Shown here: in pieces, positions 1 to 6,887 of the stretch | Numbering within the stretch: the stretch's first letter is position 1 | How the letters are laid out: the number at the start of each line of letters is the position of its first letter | Origin: Candidatus Micrarchaeota archaeon | GTDB taxonomy: Archaea; B1Sed10-29; JAJSAI01 | Direction of reading: 5' to 3' | Assembly: GCA_964625085.1 (NCBI GenBank) | Contig: CAZVAJ010000016.1 | Location: 1 to 15,636, forward strand | Length of the DNA: 15,636 nucleotides | Translations under genes and position numbers: made by a program | The notes under the pieces: generated by a model | Told to the model about the DNA's origin: nothing | Database searches by the model: none | The model's input: the letters and a program-made list of their open reading frames with translations, nothing else

Positions 1-27
1 GAGAAGGTTTTTTTGGTGGGTGTGCAT
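1..27 (-). CDS. 5' end of a gene running off the left edge (MHTHQKNLL...), product unknown
   Basis: Minus-strand ATG at 27 with an open frame to the window edge; a BRE/TATA-like motif lies 28 nt upstream. Confidence 0.4.
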
Positions 28-47
28 GTATTATTAGGCGCTTTTAT

Positions 48-64
48 TATTTAAACCCTTTTTG
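48..64 (-). promoter_or_regulatory. Archaeal BRE + TATA box for the leftward gene starting at 27 (leaderless spacing)
   Basis: Minus strand reads CAAAAAGGG-TTTAAATA; the TATA box begins 28 nt upstream of the ATG. Confidence 0.55.
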
Positions 65-89
65 CAACCGGAATAAACCAGGAAAAGGT

Positions 90-530
90 TTACTTTGCTT
101 CAAGGGCAAGCTCGATTTCTTTTTTGTTGAAACCGCTTTTCTCCAGCACTTCTCGGATTCTTTTTTCCCCGAACCTTCTTTTGCCTAGTTCTCTTGCCAC
201 GTTCAATGCTAGTCTTTCTTCCCTGTTCATTCCGTGTAACACTGCTTCTGGAAGAACTCCTGCCTTTCCAAGGGCTGTTGACGCTGTTCTGCTCACCAGC
301 GCGGTCAGCATTCCAACAATCCCGTTGATAACGCTCATCAGTCCAATGTTCAGGTCATACACGTAAATCTCGTTACTTACTACAACAAGCACTACTACAA
401 AAATTAGTATTTCAATGATCCAAAGCCATGATTTTTTAGGCTGTCCGAACACTCTTGTAGCAATTCCTTCTCCTACGATGACTCCTGCTATTAGTGCAAG
501 CAGCATTATTATCTGGTACAGGATGTCCAT
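90..530 (-). CDS. Hypothetical membrane protein (about 3 TM helices plus a small C-terminal helical domain)
   Basis: Three hydrophobic stretches (ILYQIIMLLALIAGVIVG, WLWIIEILIFVVVLVVVS, IGLMSVINGIVGMLTALV) and a C-terminal GEKRIREVLEKSGFNKKEIELAL. ATG at 530 is preferred over TTG at 545 because of promoter spacing. Confidence 0.8.
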   Translation of the reverse strand: MDILYQIIMLLALIAGVIVGEGIATRVFGQPKKSWLWIIEILIFVVVLVVVSNEIYVYDLNIGLMSVINGIVGMLTALVSRTASTALGKAGVLPEAVLHGMNREERLALNVARELGKRRFGEKRIREVLEKSGFNKKEIELALEAK

Positions 531-552
531 GAAAAATACTGTCAAGAGAGTT

Positions 553-567
553 GTATAAAAAACTTCC
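553..567 (-). promoter_or_regulatory. Putative BRE/TATA promoter for the 90-530 gene
   Basis: Minus strand reads GGAAGTTTTTTATAC; TTTATA begins 29 nt upstream of the ATG at 530. Confidence 0.5.
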
Positions 568-815
568 TGAGAAAGTGAAAGAATTCTATGAACCGGTAGG
601 AGTAAGATGACGGATGTCCGGTTAAAAGGACCATATTTGCAGTTAAAGCGTTAAAATAACGGTAAGGGTGTGGGTTTTGCAGGATTCCGTGTTTCAGACC
701 GAAATGTATCCAGAAAAAGGATGCCAGTTGAGATTTTTCAGGAGAATATTGGATTATTCGGAACTTAAAAGAGCAATCCTCTCTCTTTCTTACTATTATT
801 CCAAGGTTTTTGAGG

Positions 816-831
816 TATTCCCATGGGAATA
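816..831. promoter_or_regulatory. Perfect 16-bp palindrome upstream of the large toxin gene; candidate operator
   Basis: TATTCCCATGGGAATA is its own reverse complement and ends 44 nt before the ATG at 875. Confidence 0.45.
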
Positions 832-858
832 GTTAAGTTGGATGGGGGAGAGTAAATA

Positions 859-876
859 ATGCAGGTGAGCCTGCAT
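859..876 (+). promoter_or_regulatory. SD (AGGTGAG) of the toxin gene embedded in a 7-bp hairpin that includes the start codon
   Basis: ATGCAGG-TGAG-CCTGCAT; the last two bases are the AT of the ATG at 875. Confidence 0.45.
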
Positions 877-3800
877 GAATCTTCATAAGATCTCCTTTAT
901 CCTTCTGGCAGGAATTCTGCTTTTATCCACAGGCCTATCTGCCAAAATAATGATAAGCAGCGTGTCTTGTCCTAACACTGTTTACCAAGGAGAAACCGCA
1001 AAGTTCACGGTAAACTACTACAGACAGGCAAGCGGGTGGGACTATTCTACTGCAAGTGGGTACATAGGCGCGAGCGTCAGAACTCCTTATGGGTGGAAGG
1101 ATCTTTCTCCAAAGCCAGTTTCTTTGGCGTGGTACTGGGGATCTGGCTCAAAATCCTTCTATTGGACCGTTCCATCCAACTATCCTACTGGTTGGTACAA
1201 GTTTGTTGGAGCAAGCTGGAGCGGTTACCCCGGTTACTATTCAACAAGATGGGATGATGACTACTGTTACTTCTACGTGAAGAAAAAGACACAGCCGCCC
1301 AGCTTCAGAATAAGTTCAATAGACCAAACAACCGCGTTCCCAGGCAAAACCTCAAGAATTACTGTTAGGGTCTACAACAGTGGAAGTAGTGGCACTGCCA
1401 CTGTAAAACTGAGTGGAGTTACTACACAATCAAAATCCATGTATGTGAGTAAAGGAAGTTACCGTGATTTTACTTTTGACTGGACTCCTGGATACTACCA
1501 GCAAGGGGGCTACAAGGTTTATGCAAGAGTGTATTATGATGGATCACAACAGGACTATGAATCAAGAACTATCTTCGTTTCAAGCCCCCTAAGTGTTTAT
1601 AACATATGGGCAGGCCAGAACAGTGTACAAAGAGGAAAAACAATAAGCTTGTACACGAGCATTGAGAACAAAGGAGGGTACTCTTACTACGCGTATCCTG
1701 TTTTTACAATTACTGACAGGTACGGTAAAAAATACACGATAACTGCACCTTCTGTGAAAGTTTATGCTTTTTCCACGCGTTCCGCTACTGCGAACTGGTA
1801 TGTTCCTTATACTGCAAGGGACGGGTACTACTCTGTTGAGGTAAAACTCTACAAAGGATACTACTACGATACACTAGTTGACACTGCAAGCAAAAGCAGT
1901 TTGTTCAAGGTCTCTCCACCCCCTGCTTACTTTGACATAACCTCAGTATCCAAGGATAAGAGTACTGTTACAGTAGGGGACACAGAGTACTTTACAGTGC
2001 ACGTGAAGAACACGGGTGGCAGTGGAACAAAGTACGTTGGTGCGTCAGTGCTGAACAGCAAGGGATACGTTGTTGAGGATTTACCTGCTCAGTCAGCATA
2101 CCTTTCTGCAGGAAGGGAACTTAACTTTTACTTCCGTTGGGATGTTCCAAGTTCACAGAGTCCAGGGAGCTACAGGCTGGTTACAAGAACATGGGACTAC
2201 TGTGGTTCAAGCTGTTCAGGCCTTCAGGACAAGGCATACAGCTCTTACTTTACAGTGAAGGAAAATCCTCCTGCATTTATTGTTACAGGCATTAACCTTG
2301 CCACAAACCAAAACGTGTTCAAGCCTGGTGATACAGTAAAAGTAAAAGTTTCATACCGGAACAACGGAGGTCCTGGCAGGGCTTACATAGGGGGAACAGT
2401 AATTGAACCAGACTCTTATGAGTGCAACACAGAGTTCAAGCAAACAGCGTATACTGAAACAGGAGGCACAGGAAGCGTTGTCCTGTCCTGGACCGTTCCA
2501 AGCGGGCTGAAAAAAGGTTCGTACGGGTTTATATCAGTTTCTTGGGACTACTGCCACAGTGTTGGAACAACAGGCGCTTGCTATAATAGTGGAGGGTGCT
2601 CAGGCCAGCAAGCAACTCCTAGAAGAGTATATAACCTGTTCAAGGTAGACAACCCGCCAGTGATAGAAGGAGTGTCTGGCCCGTACTACATTAAAGAAAC
2701 TCAGACACTATGCCTTTACCCGACAGCCAGAGATCCTGACGGTGACAAAGTGCAAGCTGTCTTGCCTGCAACATTCAATAACGGTTGCTGGACACCAAGC
2801 ACAGGGGTAGTAGTTCATAATGGCGATTCAGAAACAATGTACTTTGACATTCATGCAAGTGATGACTACTTCACCACAACAAAGACCGTGAAAGTTGTAG
2901 TAAGCAACAAGAACCTGTGCCCGACCATCGGAGACATTCCTGAAAAAACAGTAAGAGAAGGAGAGATGTACTGCCTGTCTAAGGGCGACATAAGCACGAA
3001 CGATCCTGACGGAGATACGGTCACAATATCCTACGGATACCCACTTAACAAGAACGGGTGCTTCTACACGAGCGGGTACTCTGGAGAAATACACTCCTAT
3101 GTGACAGCGTCTGACGGGATCTGCACGGTTAGCAAGAACTTCAAGATAAACGTGCTGTACGATAACCCGCCCACGCTCACAGGAGTGCCTTCAGAATTCA
3201 GCATGAGAGTAGGAGACACGTTCCAGTTCGATGCAAACGCATACAACCCATACGATCCTGAAGGAGACCAGATATCATACTCCTTTGGAGCGCCTCTTGA
3301 CAGTGAAGGAAGATTCACAGCGCCCCATACCGGAGAATACAACACGTACGTGAAGGTTTCCTCGAGAACAAAATCAAACAAGTACTACTTCAAGATCAAG
3401 GTGCTTGCGAACAAGCCTCCTGTGCTGGTAAGCAAGAACGTAACAGGAAGCATGGTGGCCGGAGACCAGATCAGAATAGATCTGGTCATAAGGGATCCTG
3501 AAGGAGACCAGGTAATCCTGAAAGAACCTGCAGGAATAGCGTTTGACAGCATAGACTACGTGCGGTCAGGAGACACGTTCTACTACACCCTCTACTGGAC
3601 TCCTGAAGAAGATGGGGACTATGACCTGGGCTTCACCGCATTTGACGGAAGGGACAGCACCCCAATAACCGTCAGCATTTCAGTAAACCCAGAATACTAC
3701 ATTCCAGCTGGAGTAAGCCCATTCCAGCCAGAAACAGGAAGCACAGGATCTCACACAGGCAGAAACGGATCAGGAGGAATAAACCCGCTGCTGCCAGCAG

Positions 3801-5905
3801 GAGCAGGCGCAGCAGCATACGCAGCATACCTCGCGAGAAGAAGGAAGAAGAAAACGTTCCCAGCAACACCACTCACTCCAGTGGAAGAAAGGAACCTGCT
3901 TTACGAGAACTCTACCCATCCCCCAGTAATACACTATCCCCACTTCAAGTGGAAGCCCAAGATAATAATGAACCGCAGCAAGCCAGCAGAAGTAATCCCG
4001 CTTGAACCAGACAACAGCAAACTGCTGCAATTCTACAGGGACGAGAACGGCAACCTCATCACCTCAGAAGAATACGTCAAGAACCACACGAGAACAACCG
4101 TGCCCCTTAACACTATTGTCATTCCAGGAGAACCGCTCGCGCGCCCAACAGCATCAGAACTCTCACACATGAAAGCAGTACTGAACATGATCTTTAACAA
4201 CAAAGAACACTATGACACAGAAACACTTCAAAAAGCAGAAGCAGCTGCGCAGGCATACAGCTTCCTTGCTTCAGGAAAGAACGTCACAGAAGAACAGTAC
4301 AAGAACATAAAAACCCTGTTCAGCCAGCTCGAGAGCGCAGAAATGACCGGACTTCCAGAAAATCAGGGCAACTGGCCGTGGGATGCGTTACCAGACAATG
4401 CAGCAATTCATGTTGGAGCGGGCTGGTTAGGAGGAGTGTACAAGTTTGGAGGAGCACTATGGGACCTCGGGTCCAAGGCAGCCGGCGCGCTCATGAACTT
4501 TGAAGAAGCCAAAAGGAAGTGGATGATGAAAGCAGCCACTGATCCCGCAGGCGCGTGGCAGGATGTTGAAAATGCAGCAGGCTCTGCGTGGAACACCCTT
4601 ACCGACGCGGCCAGCGCAGTCGGAGGATTCCTAGGTGGAATTGTCCAAGGAGGTTGGAACGCGGTAACACATCCTGTGGAAACAGCACAATCAATTGCTA
4701 AAGGAGTAGGAGACTTCGTGAACGGAACAGTCAACTGGGTGCAGGGAGGAATAAAAGAAATACAAGAGAAAGGCATTGCAGGATTCATTTATTCTCACGC
4801 GGACGAGATAATAGCAGGAACAGCAATCGCAGGCCTTGTGATGACAGTGGTTGGAGGCGCGCTAGTGCTTACAGGAGTAGGAGCTCCCTTTGGTGCTGCG
4901 CTTCTTGGCGTAGGAGTCAAGACAATGGCCGTGGCAGGAGCAGCCTATTTCGCGAAAAGAAGCTACGACTTTGCGACCCAGCCGTCAAACGAAGCAGCAT
5001 GGAACGAGTCAAGCGCATGGGACGGGTTCGCGCTTGTTGCAGAAATAGCAGGAATAGGGATTGCGAGAACCCTGCCTTCAGGAGGGGCAGCAGGAGGATC
5101 CCTGAAGGCTGTTGGGCAAAGCGGTGACGATCTTGTAAAAGGAACTGTCAAGTTAACTGATGACCTGGCGAGAACAGGAGATGATGTGGCAAAGACAGCA
5201 GACGATCTTTTCAAGACAGGGGATGATCTGGCTAAGACAGCGGACGATTTCATAAGAGTAAAGTACGCAGGCCTGCTTGATGATATCGCGGCAAGATACG
5301 GGGACGACATGGCCAGAACAGCTGAGAACCTACTTGCTAAATACGGGGACGACGCGGCAAGGGTTCTGAAAGCATTTAATAAAGGACATGTATCACAGGA
5401 AACAATTGAGCTCCTTGAACGATTCAAAAACGTGAAAGGAATAGACAAAGAAATAAAGCGCATCGCATCGCAGGTTGATGAAACAGGGGACTATGCTAAG
5501 AAAGCATGGGATTCAGTGAAAGGATACAAAAACAACATTAAGGGAGTGGAAGGAGAGCTGAAAGCTGCGGCCAAGCTTGAAAGTGAAGGCTACCAGATTC
5601 TGGAGTTTGACAGGCCTCTTGGGTCTAGGGACCTTGATGTTGTAGCAAGAGCCCCGTCAGGAGAAGCGGTTCACGTTCAGGTGAAGAATGCTGACCTGTC
5701 CAAGTGGAAATCATGGCTACCGCAATTCGAAGACACGATAAAAGCAGCAGCCAAAGACACTTCAGAAACAGGGCCCGCGCGTGTTAAGATACTACTCAGC
5801 GCGGAAGAAAAAGCAAAGCATCCTAAAATCTATGAGAAACTGGAAGAATACGTTAAGCAACTTGGCGCAAAGAATGGGGTGAGGGTAGACCTTGAAACAA
5901 TATAA
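875..5905 (+). CDS. Large secreted/surface multidomain protein with Ig/CARDB-like and cadherin-like repeats and a C-terminal PD-(D/E)XK-type nuclease; putative polymorphic toxin
   Basis: 1676-aa ORF with GGTGA SD and Sec-type signal peptide (MNLHKISFILLAGILLLSTGLSA). Contains repeated beta-sandwich motifs, hydrophobic TGVGAPFG segment and DD repeats. The C-terminus KGVEGE...RDLDVVAR...VHVQVKN fits the restriction-endonuclease fold (E1561, D1588, Q1602-x-K1604). A small immunity-like gene follows. Confidence 0.85.
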   Translation: MNLHKISFILLAGILLLSTGLSAKIMISSVSCPNTVYQGETAKFTVNYYRQASGWDYSTASGYIGASVRTPYGWKDLSPKPVSLAWYWGSGSKSFYWTVPSNYPTGWYKFVGASWSGYPGYYSTRWDDDYCYFYVKKKTQPPSFRISSIDQTTAFPGKTSRITVRVYNSGSSGTATVKLSGVTTQSKSMYVSKGSYRDFTFDWTPGYYQQGGYKVYARVYYDGSQQDYESRTIFVSSPLSVYNIWAGQNSVQRGKTISLYTSIENKGGYSYYAYPVFTITDRYGKKYTITAPSVKVYAFSTRSATANWYVPYTARDGYYSVEVKLYKGYYYDTLVDTASKSSLFKVSPPPAYFDITSVSKDKSTVTVGDTEYFTVHVKNTGGSGTKYVGASVLNSKGYVVEDLPAQSAYLSAGRELNFYFRWDVPSSQSPGSYRLVTRTWDYCGSSCSGLQDKAYSSYFTVKENPPAFIVTGINLATNQNVFKPGDTVKVKVSYRNNGGPGRAYIGGTVIEPDSYECNTEFKQTAYTETGGTGSVVLSWTVPSGLKKGSYGFISVSWDYCHSVGTTGACYNSGGCSGQQATPRRVYNLFKVDNPPVIEGVSGPYYIKETQTLCLYPTARDPDGDKVQAVLPATFNNGCWTPSTGVVVHNGDSETMYFDIHASDDYFTTTKTVKVVVSNKNLCPTIGDIPEKTVREGEMYCLSKGDISTNDPDGDTVTISYGYPLNKNGCFYTSGYSGEIHSYVTASDGICTVSKNFKINVLYDNPPTLTGVPSEFSMRVGDTFQFDANAYNPYDPEGDQISYSFGAPLDSEGRFTAPHTGEYNTYVKVSSRTKSNKYYFKIKVLANKPPVLVSKNVTGSMVAGDQIRIDLVIRDPEGDQVILKEPAGIAFDSIDYVRSGDTFYYTLYWTPEEDGDYDLGFTAFDGRDSTPITVSISVNPEYYIPAGVSPFQPETGSTGSHTGRNGSGGINPLLPAGAGAAAYAAYLARRRKKKTFPATPLTPVEERNLLYENSTHPPVIHYPHFKWKPKIIMNRSKPAEVIPLEPDNSKLLQFYRDENGNLITSEEYVKNHTRTTVPLNTIVIPGEPLARPTASELSHMKAVLNMIFNNKEHYDTETLQKAEAAAQAYSFLASGKNVTEEQYKNIKTLFSQLESAEMTGLPENQGNWPWDALPDNAAIHVGAGWLGGVYKFGGALWDLGSKAAGALMNFEEAKRKWMMKAATDPAGAWQDVENAAGSAWNTLTDAASAVGGFLGGIVQGGWNAVTHPVETAQSIAKGVGDFVNGTVNWVQGGIKEIQEKGIAGFIYSHADEIIAGTAIAGLVMTVVGGALVLTGVGAPFGAALLGVGVKTMAVAGAAYFAKRSYDFATQPSNEAAWNESSAWDGFALVAEIAGIGIARTLPSGGAAGGSLKAVGQSGDDLVKGTVKLTDDLARTGDDVAKTADDLFKTGDDLAKTADDFIRVKYAGLLDDIAARYGDDMARTAENLLAKYGDDAARVLKAFNKGHVSQETIELLERFKNVKGIDKEIKRIASQVDETGDYAKKAWDSVKGYKNNIKGVEGELKAAAKLESEGYQILEFDRPLGSRDLDVVARAPSGEAVHVQVKNADLSKWKSWLPQFEDTIKAAAKDTSETGPARVKILLSAEEKAKHPKIYEKLEEYVKQLGAKNGVRVDLETI
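944..2650 (+). repeat. Five diverged CARDB/Ig-like protein repeats
   Basis: Each unit has G(E/K/D)T..(F/I/V)..(V/Y).N.G, then W.(V)P....G.Y, and ends (F).V(K/S); WDYC...CSG recurs in units 4 and 5. Confidence 0.75.
2651..3691 (+). repeat. Four cadherin-like/Ig-like repeats with NxPP...DP(D/E)GD motifs
   Basis: DPDGD at 2732 and 3002, DPEGD at 3254 and 3494, each preceded by NPP/NLCP/NKPP. Confidence 0.8.
5156..5257 (+). repeat. Degenerate 21-nt (7-aa) coding tandem repeat T(G/A)DD(L/V/F)x(K/R) in the pre-toxin linker
   Basis: TDDLAR-TGDDVAK-TADDLFK-TGDDLAK-TADDFIR. Confidence 0.85.
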
Positions 5906-5946
5906 ACGAAAAATGATTATATGGTTCTGTGTGAGGAGTGAATTAA

Positions 5947-6231
5947 ATGTCTCTGGACGAAATTAACAAAGTAGACTTGGTGGCAAAATCCCCTGAAGGC
6001 AAGATAGCCTTTGTTGCAGTAGATCATAGGAAATGGTCAGAAATATCTAACGCATACAACAAGGTATTGGCCAAACTAGCATCTTACAAGGAGTACCTTG
6101 ATTCAAACGCTTTCAAAAAAGAATACGGAAACAAAGAATACGAAATACTACTCATGACCCCTGAAGAACCCCCCGAGCAAATAAAAGGCCTTCTAGAAAG
6201 CTTGTCAGCAAAATGGAAAAAAACAGCATAA
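5947..6231 (+). CDS. Putative cognate immunity protein (resembles DUF6572-type small proteins)
   Basis: 94 aa, 41 nt after the toxin stop, with a GAGGAGTG SD and no signal peptide. The pattern MSL...VDLV....GKI.....DH..W...KL.SY..YL.S recalls DUF6572 from memory. Confidence 0.7.
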   Translation: MSLDEINKVDLVAKSPEGKIAFVAVDHRKWSEISNAYNKVLAKLASYKEYLDSNAFKKEYGNKEYEILLMTPEEPPEQIKGLLESLSAKWKKTA

Positions 6232-6254
6232 TCTGCCTAGGATTTCTTGAGCTG

Positions 6255-6887
6255 ATGTGACGAATAACGGATAACATCAGGTCAAGGTATGATGACAAGG
6301 CGGTAGAATCAGCAGAAGGGCTTCTTGCCAGGTACGGTGATAAAGTAGCAAAGGTCTTGGAAGCGTCCAAGTCAAAGGTGGATCCGTCAAAACTTTCCAG
6401 CGCGATCTCTCGGTTCAGGAATCCTGAAGAGGTTATGGCGAAACTGGCAGAGGTCTCAGAAGTGAAAGGAATTGATCAGTTCGTGAATCAGTTAGTACTC
6501 TCTTCTTATGAAACAAAGTATTAACTTGGTATAGAAGAACAACTGGCACGCATAGTCGAGGAAGCAAGAGGATGGGGTCCAGAAAATATTAAAGTTGAAG
6601 TGAAGGTATCTACTACTGCAAAATGGACCAGACTGGATATAGAAACGCCTGAAAGATATATAGAGATAAAACGGTGGACGACTGACTCATTTTATAAATA
6701 CAAGGAATCATTTATTATACAGATTAAAAAATATCTTCTTCAAGCAAAAAAGACAGGTAAGATAGTAGAAATTAGGTCAGTAAACGAGATACCTTCTGAT
6801 ATGAAGGTAGAACTATACCAGATGGCGGATAACTATGGCGTGAGGCTGGAGATAAATGAGGGTACGGGGGTTACGATAAATGAGTGA
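6255..6887 (+). pseudogene. Orphan, stop-interrupted toxin C-terminal cassette carrying an alternative PD-(D/E)XK nuclease (includes the 6600-6887 ORF)
   Basis: One reading frame: ATG-TGA (6255-6260), then RITDNIRSRYDDKAVESAEGLLARYGDKVAKVL...EVKGIDQF, homologous to toxin LDDIAARYGDDMARTAENLLAKYGDDAARVL...NVKGIDKE. In-frame TAA at 6522-6524, then LGIEEQL...TRLDIETPERYIEIKRW to TGA at 6887. Confidence 0.8.

Noticed and set aside
570..800. Possible ncRNA or tRNA in the ~330-nt divergent intergenic region
   Set aside because: No cloverleaf, T-loop motif or convincing long stem found by eye; short GTTAAA repeats are too weak to call.
5156..5257. Short repeats as a CRISPR array
   Set aside because: The units are adjacent, degenerate at synonymous positions, in frame within a CDS, and lack spacers; no cas genes are present.
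5540..5905. C-terminal nuclease read as a stand-alone restriction enzyme, Mrr/YraN or Holliday-junction resolvase
   Set aside because: It is fused to a signal-peptide surface protein, no methyltransferase is nearby, and the immunity/orphan layout fits a toxin better.
6258..6524. Stop-codon reassignment or readthrough making the orphan an intact gene
   Set aside because: TAA and TGA both terminate many clear genes in this window; two different stops in one frame fit decay better than recoding.
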